Assembly: GCA_044229975.1 (NCBI GenBank) | Contig: JBGARZ010000001.1 | Coordinates: 192,001 to 256,000 of the forward strand | Direction: 5' to 3' | From: Polyangiales bacterium | Lineage (GTDB): Bacteria; Myxococcota_A; Polyangia; Polyangiales; Ga0077539 | Length of the DNA: 64,000 bases | In this document: piece by piece, positions 18,015-27,670 of the stretch | How the letters are laid out: each line of letters begins with the position of its first letter | How positions within the stretch are numbered: the stretch's first letter is position 1 | The notes under the pieces: generated by a model | The model's database searches: none | Told to the model about the DNA's origin: nothing | What the model saw: the letters and a program-made list of their open reading frames with translations, nothing else | Program-made: the position numbers and the translations under genes

Positions 18015-19217
18015 ATGGTCGCGATCGTTCATCTTCGCCCTGGGCACGTGCAGCCGGTCTGGCTCGGTCACCCTTGGGTGTACGCGCAGGCCATCGGTAC
18101 GGTGGAGGGAGAGCCCGCCCCCGGCGACGACGTGGTGGTGCGCGACCCGCGGGGCAACGCGCTGGGGCGCGGCTACTGGTCGCCGTCGAGCGCCATCCCG
18201 GTGCGCGTTCTCACGCGTGATGTGTCGGCCGAGCTCGACGCCCGCTGGCTGCACAAGCGCATCGCCGAAGCAGCCGCGTGGAGGCGCTCGCTGCTGGGTC
18301 TGCCGAGCGCGGACACCACGGGGTACCGCCTCATCAACGCCGAGGGCGACGGGCTCGCGGGGCTCATCGCGGATGTCTTCGGCGACAGCGTGGTGGTGCA
18401 GCTGCTCACCGTGGGGATGAAGCGCCGCGAGGCGGCCATCGCCGCGGCGCTGCGCGAGGTGACGGGAGCGAAGCGTGTCTTCGAGGTGGCGTCGCCCAAG
18501 CACCAGGCGCTGGAGGGCATCGAGGCCCGCGAGGGACTGCTGGCGGGAGACGACGCGGAGACGCTCGACTTTACCGAGGGCGGTATTGCGTGGAGCCTGC
18601 CCGCGCCGGGTCGCGCGGGCGCCGGGCAGAAGACCGGGTACTTCTTCGACCAGCGGGAGAACCGCGCGCGCGTCGGGGCGATGGCGGCGGGGCGGCGGGT
18701 GCTCGACCTGTACTGCTACCTGGGCGGGTTCTCGCTCGCGGCGGCGCGGGGCGGCGCGACGGCGGTGGTTGGCGTGGACAGCGCGGCGGCGGCCAACGCC
18801 GCGGCGACGGCGGCGGCGACGGCCAACGGGCTCGACGGCGTGGTGCGCTTCGAGCGCGGCGACGCCCTGAAGGTCGCGGTGGCCTTCGACCAGAAGAACG
18901 AGCGCTTCGACCTGGTGATCTGCGACCCGCCGAAGCTGGCGGGGAGCGCGCGTGAGGTGGAGGGCGCCCTGCGGCACTACCGCAAGGTCAACGCCGAGGC
19001 CGCGCGGCGGGTGACCACCGGGGGGTTGCTGGTGACGTGTTCGTGCTCGGGGCACGTGACGCCGGAGGAGTTCACCCGCGCCGTGCTCGCGGGCGTGCGC
19101 GACGCCGGGCGCGACGCGACGCTGCTGCGGCTGGACGGCGCGGCGAGCGACCACCCGACGCCGCTGGCCTTCGTCGAGGGGCGCTACTTGAAGTGCGCCA
19201 CGCTGCGCATCGTCTGA
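18015..19217 (+). CDS. rlmI: RlmI-like rRNA m5C methyltransferase (PUA plus class I SAM MTase)
   Basis: GHPWVY, RLINAEGDGL, GQKTGYFFDQRENR, DLYCYLGGF, DPPK, TCSCS, YLK. Confidence 0.85.
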   Translation: MVAIVHLRPGHVQPVWLGHPWVYAQAIGTVEGEPAPGDDVVVRDPRGNALGRGYWSPSSAIPVRVLTRDVSAELDARWLHKRIAEAAAWRRSLLGLPSADTTGYRLINAEGDGLAGLIADVFGDSVVVQLLTVGMKRREAAIAAALREVTGAKRVFEVASPKHQALEGIEAREGLLAGDDAETLDFTEGGIAWSLPAPGRAGAGQKTGYFFDQRENRARVGAMAAGRRVLDLYCYLGGFSLAAARGGATAVVGVDSAAAANAAATAAATANGLDGVVRFERGDALKVAVAFDQKNERFDLVICDPPKLAGSAREVEGALRHYRKVNAEAARRVTTGGLLVTCSCSGHVTPEEFTRAVLAGVRDAGRDATLLRLDGAASDHPTPLAFVEGRYLKCATLRIV

Positions 19218-19221
19218 CGGC

Positions 19222-20613
19222 CTACTCGCAGCGCAGCGGGACGCCCACGATGCGCATGGAGGGGGCCGACGGGTTCTGGATGGTCGCGAGCACCAGCGCG
19301 CCGACGGCGGTGGGTACAACGAGCATGGGCCCGTAGGACGCGATGTCCGGGGGAATGGGCAGCGCGACCGCGTCGCCCGCGGGGTGGCCGTCACCGCCGA
19401 TGGCCTGCGCGACGAAGTGCTCGACGACCCACTCGCGACTTCCGGTGCTCCGCGCGATCGGGACCACCGCCAGCGGACCGAAGCGGGTGTTGGTGGCCGC
19501 CGTCTGCACCCCCCCGAAGTCCGGCACGGGCCATGTGACCGCAGCGGTCGTGGGCCTCCCCGTGAGGTCGACGGGCTGCACGACGAAGGCGCCGCCGGCG
19601 GTGCCCACCCGATCGATGACGAAGGTGCGCGCGTAGGCGAGCAGGGCGCCCGTCGCGTGGGGAAGGATGGCGACTCCGCGGCGGACATCGCGCTCCTCGA
19701 AGGCCGTGGGGACGCCCGGCATCGACGCGCCCGGCGGGGTGATGGCCGAGGTGATTCGCACGTAGATGCCGTGGTCGGCGGTGGGCCCGGCCTCCTCGAC
19801 GGTGAGGTTGACCTCGCCACCGTCGACCGTTGTCGCGCGCTCGATCGCGAGCAGGGAGTCGTGCACGACGAGGCCAAGCCCGCGGGAGCGACCGCCCGCG
19901 GGGAGTCGGACCACGGTGTTGGTGAGCAGCGCGCCCGTCGGGTCGACGCCAATGCGATGCAGCCGAGGGGCCTCGTCGAGGACGCGGAGGAAGGAGAACC
20001 CCGAGGGCTCGGCTCGGAGGTCGATGCCGCCGACGAGGTCACCGGTGAGATCGACCCGACGCAGCCCGCCCGCCGCCGAGACGAACTGGAGGGCTGTTCC
20101 CACGAGCCCGCTCGTGAGCAGCGCGAGGCCGCCGTCGGGACGCAACGCGAGGCTCGCGCTCTCCGGGGCGATGTCGGCACCGAAGGCGACGGGGGCTCGC
20201 GTCGGGAGCCCGTCGGCGCCGAGGGAGAGGAGCTCGGCGTGCGCGGCAGACGCGGGCGCGTCGTAGCGGCTCACCACGACGGCGACCCCGCCATCGACCA
20301 TGAGCGCGCTGCGGAGGTACACCGAGGTCGACGGGGCGACGATCGGATCGACGAGCGCCCCCGCCGTCCAACGACAGGTGGCGACCGGCGGCACGTCGAC
20401 GACCGGTGGCGCGTCGATGACCGGTGGCACGTCGATGACCGGTGGCACGTCGATGACCGGCGGCACGTCGGGCGATCCCGCGTCGGGCGCCGCCTGAACG
20501 TCCTTCACGAGCGGGACATCGACGCCATCCGCGTGGGTGTTGGTGTTGGTGTTCGCGCAGGCCACCGCGCACGACAGCCACGCCGTCCCCCACCGCCGCG
20601 CCGCCATCTTCAT
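19222..20613 (-). CDS. Hypothetical lipoprotein
   Basis: Lipobox-like AVAC; DVPPVI repeat linker; beta-rich body. Confidence 0.7.
   Translation of the reverse strand: MKMAARRWGTAWLSCAVACANTNTNTHADGVDVPLVKDVQAAPDAGSPDVPPVIDVPPVIDVPPVIDAPPVVDVPPVATCRWTAGALVDPIVAPSTSVYLRSALMVDGGVAVVVSRYDAPASAAHAELLSLGADGLPTRAPVAFGADIAPESASLALRPDGGLALLTSGLVGTALQFVSAAGGLRRVDLTGDLVGGIDLRAEPSGFSFLRVLDEAPRLHRIGVDPTGALLTNTVVRLPAGGRSRGLGLVVHDSLLAIERATTVDGGEVNLTVEEAGPTADHGIYVRITSAITPPGASMPGVPTAFEERDVRRGVAILPHATGALLAYARTFVIDRVGTAGGAFVVQPVDLTGRPTTAAVTWPVPDFGGVQTAATNTRFGPLAVVPIARSTGSREWVVEHFVAQAIGGDGHPAGDAVALPIPPDIASYGPMLVVPTAVGALVLATIQNPSAPSMRIVGVPLRCE
20383..20470. repeat. 18-bp coding tandem repeat, about 5 copies (DVPPVI)
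   Basis: gaccggYggcRcgtcgaY units at 20383, 20401, 20419, 20437 and 20455 (partial). Confidence 0.9.
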
Positions 20614-20707
20614 GGGCTCGACGCTACATCCCCGATGGTCGGACCGCGAAGTCGACGTGGTGGCGTGCTGACGCCCGGTCGCAGTAGGTTCCGCGCAGCG
20701 ACGCCCG

Positions 20708-21547
20708 ATGCTCTCCCACGACGCTCCCAGACCTCCCTCCGACGCGGCTCACGGGCGCTGTCGACCGCTCGACTCGATCACCGCCGCGCAGTGGCGCTCC
20801 GCGCTCGGTCTCGCCACCGACCTCGACGACACGCTCACGAGACACGGTGAGATCCCCTCGAAGGTGATCGCCGCGCTAGAGGGTCTCCGCGCGATGGGCC
20901 TGCCGTGCGTCGTCGCGACGGGTCGCTCGCTGGGCTGGGGCGCGGTGCTCGCGCGGGTGCTCCCGGTGCGCGCGGTGGTGACCGAAAACGGCGGGGTGGC
21001 GGTGCTGCGGGAAGGCGACGGGGTGCGCGTGGCGTTCATCGACGAGGACGACGTGCGACGCGAGGGGATGGCCAGGGTTCAGGCGTGCGTCGAGGCGATC
21101 ACCGGGCGCTTCGCCGCGCTGCGGGTGGTCGAAGACGCGGCCGTGCGGGTGACCGACGTCGCGCTCGACGTCGCCGAGCGCACCACCGTCGACCCGGCCG
21201 TGGTGCGTGACGCCGTGTCCATGGCGCGCGACGCGGGCCTCTTCGCCGTGGTGAGCAGCATCCATCTGCACGTGAGCTACCGCGCGCCCGACAAGGTCGC
21301 CGGGATGCGCGACGCCCTCGCCCGCCTCGGGCTCGACGCCGACGCGCTCGCCGAGCGGTGGGTGTACGTCGGCGACAGCCCCAACGACGCTGGTCCCTTT
21401 GGCGCGATGGCGCTCTCCATCGGGGTCGCGGGTGTCCATCGCTTCGGCGATCGCATGCCCTCGTGGCCTGCCTACGTGACCCACGAGGACGGTCCCGACG
21501 GGTTCGTGTCGGTGGTCGACGCGCTGCGCGCGGGGCGCTCGGCGTGA
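20708..21547 (+). CDS. HAD-superfamily hydrolase, subfamily IIB
   Basis: TDLDDTLT, ATGR, ENGG, DK, VGDSPND. Confidence 0.88.
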   Translation: MLSHDAPRPPSDAAHGRCRPLDSITAAQWRSALGLATDLDDTLTRHGEIPSKVIAALEGLRAMGLPCVVATGRSLGWGAVLARVLPVRAVVTENGGVAVLREGDGVRVAFIDEDDVRREGMARVQACVEAITGRFAALRVVEDAAVRVTDVALDVAERTTVDPAVVRDAVSMARDAGLFAVVSSIHLHVSYRAPDKVAGMRDALARLGLDADALAERWVYVGDSPNDAGPFGAMALSIGVAGVHRFGDRMPSWPAYVTHEDGPDGFVSVVDALRAGRSA

Positions 21548-22158
21548 GTCCCAGGCGCGCCCGGGTCATCATCGTGGCGGTCGCCTCGATCGCGCTCGCG
21601 AGTGGCGCTGTGCTGCTGCTCACGCGCCCTGCGCCGACGCCCGTCGTGACCGACGGCGCTCACGACGAAGCGCCCGCGCCCCGGCAGCCCGGCGAGCCGC
21701 CGCCCGCCGTCGACGACGACCACGCCTTCGCGCCGGGATCACCGGGCGCGGTGGCGGAGCGCTTTCTGCGGTCGTTCTGGCGGCAGCACTACACCGACGC
21801 CGCGGCGCTCTCGACGGGCGAGATGCTCACCCGCTGCCAGCGTGACCAGCGCTCGGCGGCCGAGCTCGCGCCCGAGCACGCCGAGCTCTACCGCCGCATC
21901 AGGGTGTTTCGCGAGGCGTCGCGCTACCGGCTGGAGCGCGTGACGGTGACGGAGCTCCCTGCCCTCTCGGACGGCGTGGCGCGGCGGCTGGTGCAGGGCG
22001 AGGCGCACGCGTCGGGCCCGTCACCCGACGACGCCCGCATGATCGAGAGTCGACGCGGGCAGCGCGTGGTGCTGGTGCTGCGCGACGGCGCCTGGAAGGT
22101 GAGCGAGTGGACCGCGACGGCCACCGCGCCGGTCGCCGATGCTGGAGCGGCGCGATGA
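21544..22158 (+). CDS. Hypothetical membrane-anchored protein
   Basis: GTG overlaps the HAD stop; N-terminal hydrophobic helix; stop overlaps the next ATG. Confidence 0.65.
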   Translation: MSPRRARVIIVAVASIALASGAVLLLTRPAPTPVVTDGAHDEAPAPRQPGEPPPAVDDDHAFAPGSPGAVAERFLRSFWRQHYTDAAALSTGEMLTRCQRDQRSAAELAPEHAELYRRIRVFREASRYRLERVTVTELPALSDGVARRLVQGEAHASGPSPDDARMIESRRGQRVVLVLRDGAWKVSEWTATATAPVADAGAAR

Positions 22159-22946
22159 CACGACGCGAGCCGGGCGACCCGCTGGAGCGAGGCAGCCGCG
22201 AGCACTACGACGACGCCTCGTATTACGACCACACGTATGCACGGCGCGGGGAGGACATCGCGTTCTACCGCGAGGCGGCGCGGCGCTACGGCTCGCCGGT
22301 GCTGGAGCTCGGCGTCGGCAGCGGGCGCGTGGCGATTCCGACGGCGCTCGACGGGCACGAGGTGCTGGGGCTCGACCTCAACACCGCCATGCTCGCCCGC
22401 GGACGCGAGACAGCCCGCGCGAAGGGAGTGCCCCGCGGTCGGCTCTCACTGCGCCGCGGCGACATGCAGCGCTTCAAGCTCGGGCGCACGTTTCCGCTCA
22501 TCACGGCGCCCTTCAACGCCCTCCTCCACCTCTACGAACCCGACGAGCTCGCGGCCTGCTTCCGCTGCGTGCGCGACCACCTCGCGCCCGGCGGCCGCTT
22601 CGTCTTCGACGTGCACGTCCCCTCGCCCTCCGAGCTCGCGCGCGACCCCGAGCGCGCCTACGTCGGCCGTCCCATGAAGCACCCGACGCTCGGGCGCTGC
22701 CGCTACACCGAGCGCTTCCGCTACGACCCCATCAAGCAGGTGCAGCACGTCACCATCCGCTTCGAGCCGCTCGACGGCTCGGAGCCCCTGGAGACGCTGC
22801 TCACGCAACGACAGATCTTCCCGGGCGAGCTGCGCGCCCTGCTCACGCTCGGCGGGCTGCGCCTCGCGCGCCGCCTCGGCACCTTCGCCGGACAGCCCCT
22901 CGGCCCCGACGACGCGGTGCAGATCATCGAGGCCGTGGCGCTATAG
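22155..22946 (+). CDS. Class I SAM-dependent methyltransferase
   Basis: VLELGVGSGR, GLDLN, GDM, HLAPGGRFVFD. Confidence 0.88.
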   Translation: MTRREPGDPLERGSREHYDDASYYDHTYARRGEDIAFYREAARRYGSPVLELGVGSGRVAIPTALDGHEVLGLDLNTAMLARGRETARAKGVPRGRLSLRRGDMQRFKLGRTFPLITAPFNALLHLYEPDELAACFRCVRDHLAPGGRFVFDVHVPSPSELARDPERAYVGRPMKHPTLGRCRYTERFRYDPIKQVQHVTIRFEPLDGSEPLETLLTQRQIFPGELRALLTLGGLRLARRLGTFAGQPLGPDDAVQIIEAVAL

Positions 22947-22976
22947 GTGGTGCGCGCTGCGGAGTGCGCGCGGCCG

Positions 22977-23231
22977 TCAGTGCTTGAAGAACGATCGGAT
23001 GCCGCCCGCGACGCCCTGGCAGAACAGGATCGCGCAGTTACGGTGGTCCGCCTGCTTCATGCGGTTGCACAGCGCACCGAGGTCGTCATCGGCGTCGATG
23101 ACGGTGCCCTCGGCGGGCTGGCTGGAGCGCTCGTCGTAGCGGCAGTCATCGAGGGCGACCCAGCGCCCGCGGAAGCTGCGGTTCGAGCAGATTTCTGACC
23201 AAGACAACCGAGCCGTCTGACTGGTGCCCAT
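22977..23231 (-). CDS. Small hypothetical protein (84 aa)
   Basis: Balanced composition unlike shadow frames; GRWVAL..VIDADDDL; fills an intergenic gap. Confidence 0.6.
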   Translation of the reverse strand: MGTSQTARLSWSEICSNRSFRGRWVALDDCRYDERSSQPAEGTVIDADDDLGALCNRMKQADHRNCAILFCQGVAGGIRSFFKH

Positions 23232-23513
23232 CGCGGGTGACTACGCCCTCACGTCCCCAACCGCTGCTTCGCGGAAGGGGTGCCTCGACGCAACGCGCAC
23301 CGTGCGCGAAGGAGGCTCCGGGTCTGCCAGGAGAGAGACGGCGGTGTCGACCGGCAATGCGCATCGATGGGCGCAGGGAGGTGGATGAACCGTCATTCGT
23401 CTCGGTGCCTCGGTTGGCGAAACCCGGTGTCGCAACTCTCAGGTTCTGGCGAACCCTGTGAGCGACGAACCGGGGCCGAAGATGATCCTGTTCGGGGTGG
23501 GAAGCAAGAGGTT

Positions 23514-23539
23514 GGGAGGGAGAGGGAGAGGGAGAGGAG
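23514..23539. repeat. Purine-rich (GGGAGA)n tract just past the kinase stop
   Basis: gggagggagagggagagggagaggag. Confidence 0.6.
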
Positions 23540-23545
23540 CGAGGA

Positions 23546-25318
23546 CTACGGTGCCGAGCAGGCGGTGCCGAAGTGGTCGGACGCGCTCACGCGGCAGCCC
23601 GCCGAGCGGAGCTGACGGAAGAGCGACTGCGCCGCGGGGCAACGACCGTTGAGGATGAGGTCGTCGATGCGCGACTCGCCACCACAGGGGTTGGACGGAC
23701 GGCGAACGACCTGCGGCGGCGGCACCGGGGTGATGGTGTTGGTGTTGTCCGACGGCGGCGGGGTCGGAATCGGCTGGATGTCGTTGCCGTTGTTGGGCGC
23801 CGGAATGGGCTGCATCGTGTTGGCCGGCACGGTCGGCGTCGGCGGCTGCACCGGGTTGATGGCCGGAACAGTCGGCGTCGGGGGGGTCGGCACGACCGGC
23901 ACGGTCGGCGTCGCGACGGGCGCGGTGGGCGTCGGCGCCGGGTTGTTGTTGTTGTTGTTGTTGTTGTTGCTGTTGCCCGACAGCGCGAAGGCCGCGACGC
24001 CGCCGACGATGACCACGAGCGCGACGACGCCCGCGATGATCTTCCCGCTGCCGCCGCTGGGGCGCGGCGCGGTCGGAGCGCCGTAGGGGTTGGGCTGCGA
24101 GCCGTACCCGCCCTGCTGCGACGCGTAGGGGTTGTATCCCTGGTTGGAGACCGGCGCGAAGCCGGGGTTGGACGGCGGCGGTTGCACGGGGTTGAAGCCT
24201 GCGTTGGACGGCGCCGGGGTGTAGCCCTGGTTGGAGGGCTGCTGCATGAAGTTGGGGTTGGAGCCCGGCGTGAACGGCGTCGGCGTCGGGTAGTTGACCG
24301 CCATCGTCTGCGGAACCATCGGCCCGCCCGAGTTGTGGGCCGGGCCCATCGCGGTGGGCGGCATGCCGTGCGGAGACGAGGGCGAGTGGCCCTGGTTGGT
24401 CGAGACCGCCCAGTCGGCGCCCGCCCCCGTGTCGCCCGTGAACTCCTTCAAGAAGTCGATGACACCCTGCGGGCGCTGCGCGGCCTCCTTGGCGAGCGCG
24501 CGCATCACGGCGGACTTGTGGCGCGGGAGGATGGTCGCCCCGTTGGCGTGCATCTCGAACGGAACGGGCGGCGCGGTGAGGTGCTTGGTGGCCCACTCCC
24601 ACGGGGTGCTGGCCACGAAGGGGAGCTGCCCGGTGAGCATCTCGTACGCGACGATGGCGAGCGAGTAGACGTCGCTGGTCGCGCGCAGCGGCTGCCCCGT
24701 GAACTGCTCGGGGGACATGTACGGCGGCGTGCCGAGCACCATGCCCTGCTTGGTGAGCTTGGCGTCTTGCGCGTCGGACGACTCGTCGCGCTTGGCGATG
24801 CCAAAATCGAGCACCTTCACGAAGTCTCCCTTGGAGCCCTTCTGCGTGAGGATGATGTTTTCGGGCTTCAGGTCGCGGTGCACGATGCCGTGCTCGTGGG
24901 CCTCGGCGAGCGAGCCGCACACCTGCTGGAGGATGTGCTCGATGCGCTGCGGAGCCATCGCGCCGCGCGCGATGCTGTGCGCGAGGCTCTCGCCCTGGAT
25001 GAACTCCATCGCCACGAAGAGCTTGCCGCCCGGGAGCTCCCCCGACTCGTAGAACTTGATGGTGTTGGGGTGGTCGAGCAGCGAGACCGTGCCCGCCTCG
25101 CGGTGGAAGCGCGCGACGATCTGCGGGTCACCCGCGAGGTCGGGCTGGAGCGTCTTGATCGCCACCGGGCGCACGCGATCGCCGAGCTTCTGCTCGCCGA
25201 GGTACACCTTGCCCATGCCGCCCTCGCCGATGATCTTGACGATCTTGTAGCGGTTTTCGGCGATGTTCTGGCCGATGAGCGGGTCGTTGTCGTGTCCCTT
25301 GTCGTCCGTCGTGCTCAC
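23546..25318 (-). CDS. Membrane Ser/Thr protein kinase
   Basis: [40 protein letters not shown], poly-Asn, Pro/Thr-rich stalk, 4-Cys C-terminal domain. Confidence 0.93.
   Translation of the reverse strand: MSTTDDKGHDNDPLIGQNIAENRYKIVKIIGEGGMGKVYLGEQKLGDRVRPVAIKTLQPDLAGDPQIVARFHREAGTVSLLDHPNTIKFYESGELPGGKLFVAMEFIQGESLAHSIARGAMAPQRIEHILQQVCGSLAEAHEHGIVHRDLKPENIILTQKGSKGDFVKVLDFGIAKRDESSDAQDAKLTKQGMVLGTPPYMSPEQFTGQPLRATSDVYSLAIVAYEMLTGQLPFVASTPWEWATKHLTAPPVPFEMHANGATILPRHKSAVMRALAKEAAQRPQGVIDFLKEFTGDTGAGADWAVSTNQGHSPSSPHGMPPTAMGPAHNSGGPMVPQTMAVNYPTPTPFTPGSNPNFMQQPSNQGYTPAPSNAGFNPVQPPPSNPGFAPVSNQGYNPYASQQGGYGSQPNPYGAPTAPRPSGGSGKIIAGVVALVVIVGGVAAFALSGNSNNNNNNNNNPAPTPTAPVATPTVPVVPTPPTPTVPAINPVQPPTPTVPANTMQPIPAPNNGNDIQPIPTPPPSDNTNTITPVPPPQVVRRPSNPCGGESRIDDLILNGRCPAAQSLFRQLRSAGCRVSASDHFGTACSAP
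23942..23968. repeat. (GTT)9 microsatellite encoding poly-Asn
   Basis: Nine perfect GTT units (AAC on the coding strand). Confidence 0.95.
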
Positions 25319-25489
25319 GCGAAATGCTCCGTGCCGTCGCTGTTTCCGCCTTCGGGTCTTCAGGTACGCAGGGACTCCTCGTCCCCTCCACCAAAAACAC
25401 TCTGCGACGACGCCCTTGAGAGCGTTACGGCAGCCGCGCCCTTGGCGCAACCGCCCCCCTCGTCCGCGCGGGACATTTCCCGACGCGGA

Positions 25490-27586
25490 TCACGGCCCGG
25501 CAGGAGGCAACACCACGAGACCGCGTAGCGCTCCTGGTGTCTCGGCCGACACCGCGTCACCTGCCACCACCTGGGCAGGCGTCATCCCCGCCGTGCGAAG
25601 CGCCGCGATCACGGCGTCCCTCCGTCGATCAGCCCGCGCCGCGTCCACCCTCGTCGGACCCGTCACCGCGGGACGGGTTGTCGGCACCGCCAGGCGCACC
25701 GGCCCGAGGCCCGGCCGCGACACCGCGCGAATCGCCACCACGAGCTGAGCCAGCAGCGGCGCGTTGGTCGGCAGGAGCTGATCGCGCGCATCGAAGGCTA
25801 CGTTCTGGAGCAGCACCACGCGACCGGGTGACGTCGCGCTCGCGCCCTCGATCCGCACCCGCGGAAGCGCGCCCACGAGCGGAGCGCCCGGTCGCACCGG
25901 GGTCTCCGGGCAGCCGTCGTTGTCGCGCAAGCCGTTGATCGTCTCGGGTTGATCGGGGCAGCGGTCGGCCGGGTCGAGCACGCCGTCGTGGTCGCGGTCG
26001 AGCTCGGGGCAACCGTGCTGCTCGGGCGTGGCGTTGGCGCCCGCAGGCTCTGTCGGGCACACGTCGAGCGCGTCGGGAACACCGTCGCCATCACCATCGA
26101 CGGCAGGGCAACCCGGGCGCGTGGCGTCTTCGAGGGCGCCGCGGGCCTGGGCCGGGCACTGGTCGGCGGCGTTGGCCACGCCGTCGCCGTCCGTGTCGCC
26201 GTCGGGGCAGCCGGGGCGCGCGCGATCGGGCGTGTTGCCAGCGGACTCCAGCGGACACTGATCGGCCGCGTCGAGCACGCCGTCGTTGTCGTTGTCCGGG
26301 TCGGGGCAGCCGTCCTCGTCCTCGAAGTCGTCGGGGTCTTCGTCGACGGTGGGGCAGCGATCTTCGTCGTCGGGGATGGGGTCGCCGTCGTTGTCCTCGG
26401 GGCAGCCGTCGCCGTCCTGAAAGCCGTCGAAGTCTTCGCGCAGGCCGGGGCAGCGGTCTTCGGCGCCGTCACGGAGTCCGTCGCGGTCGTCGTCGATGAA
26501 GCGCGGCGCCCACTGAAGCGAGAGCACGCCGCGCACCGCCGACGCGCCGGGTGAGGCCGTGAGCCCGAAGGCCGCGCCCGCCGACACGGTGAACTCGCCG
26601 AAGACCCCCTGGAGACCGGCGCCGAGCTCCATCGGTGAGCTGCGCGCGTTGCCGAAGGGGTAGCGCGCGTCGATGGATCCGACGAGCGTGGCGTAGGTCG
26701 ATCCGTAGCTGCCCGCGAGCACGGCGGCGCCGGCCCACTCGGACTTGCCCGCGAGCAGGAAGATGCCCGCGAGCGCGGCTTCGAGCGGGCCGCGCAGGGC
26801 GACGGCGTAGGTGATCTCGTCGCGCAGCGCGCGGTCGAAGAGGCACGAGCCCGAGGTGGGGTCGAGGCAGAGGGCGGTCTGCGAGGGCCAGTCGTTGCCG
26901 AAGTGCGCGCGGTACCCGACGGAGACCGACGCGAAGAGGCGCGAGAGGCGGTAGTCGAAGACGGCGTAGGCGTGCGCGGTGGGAGCGCCCGCGGTGGCGT
27001 AGCTCGTGGCCTCGCTGAGAGGCACGGTGGCGGAGAGCTGGAGGGAGAGGCCGAGGCCCTCGCGGCTCTCGCGAATCTGCTGGGCGACCTGGGCGGGAGA
27101 GAGGGTCGCGCCGCGGCCCGCCGTCGCGTTGAGCTCGGCGCGCGTCGACCAGCGGAACGTCAGACGCGGATCACCGACGGCCGTGCTCGCGGGCTCGGAA
27201 ATGCCCGCGGGGACACCGCCCGACGCCTGGTAGAACATCATCGGAACCTGGAGCGCGAGCGCGGACCGGGTGCCGAGGCCGACCTGGAGCGAGAGGGTGG
27301 TCCAGAGCTGGTCGCGGAGGAGGGCCTGGCGTTGACCGTCGGGGGTCGAGAGCACCAGCGGGTCGCGGACGTACTCGGCGAGGAGGCCGAGGTTCCATCG
27401 GCCGTGGCCGGGGACGAGGGTGGACTCGGTCCATGGGAGGGCGTCGCCGTCGATGGCCGCGGTGGGTCGCCAGGGGCCGCCGTCGACGCGAAAGCCGGGG
27501 GGCGTCTGGGCAGCGGCGACGGACGGAGCGAGAGCCGCGGCGAGGGTCAGGGCCACCAGCGAACCACGGTTGGACAAGCGCTTCAT
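25490..27586 (-). CDS. Outer-membrane protein: putative beta-barrel, thrombospondin type 3 repeats and OmpA-like C-terminus (TraB-like architecture)
   Basis: Signal peptide; many DxDxDG..D.CP repeats; C-terminal VLLQNVAFD..LAQLV..RRRDAVIAAL. Confidence 0.8.
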   Translation of the reverse strand: MKRLSNRGSLVALTLAAALAPSVAAAQTPPGFRVDGGPWRPTAAIDGDALPWTESTLVPGHGRWNLGLLAEYVRDPLVLSTPDGQRQALLRDQLWTTLSLQVGLGTRSALALQVPMMFYQASGGVPAGISEPASTAVGDPRLTFRWSTRAELNATAGRGATLSPAQVAQQIRESREGLGLSLQLSATVPLSEATSYATAGAPTAHAYAVFDYRLSRLFASVSVGYRAHFGNDWPSQTALCLDPTSGSCLFDRALRDEITYAVALRGPLEAALAGIFLLAGKSEWAGAAVLAGSYGSTYATLVGSIDARYPFGNARSSPMELGAGLQGVFGEFTVSAGAAFGLTASPGASAVRGVLSLQWAPRFIDDDRDGLRDGAEDRCPGLREDFDGFQDGDGCPEDNDGDPIPDDEDRCPTVDEDPDDFEDEDGCPDPDNDNDGVLDAADQCPLESAGNTPDRARPGCPDGDTDGDGVANAADQCPAQARGALEDATRPGCPAVDGDGDGVPDALDVCPTEPAGANATPEQHGCPELDRDHDGVLDPADRCPDQPETINGLRDNDGCPETPVRPGAPLVGALPRVRIEGASATSPGRVVLLQNVAFDARDQLLPTNAPLLAQLVVAIRAVSRPGLGPVRLAVPTTRPAVTGPTRVDAARADRRRDAVIAALRTAGMTPAQVVAGDAVSAETPGALRGLVVLPPAGP

Positions 27587-27670
27587 GAAGAGGGCGCGGA
27601 CGCTATCACGATCGCCGACGGGGTTTGCTCGGCTCGACGCCACCGGGCCGAACGTGAGACTAGAGCGCCC

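Noticed and set aside
23270..23285. GG-N10-GC element (AGGCACCCCTTCCGCG, minus strand) upstream of the 84-aa gene
   Set aside because: Lacks the TGC -12 context, and such matches arise easily at this GC content
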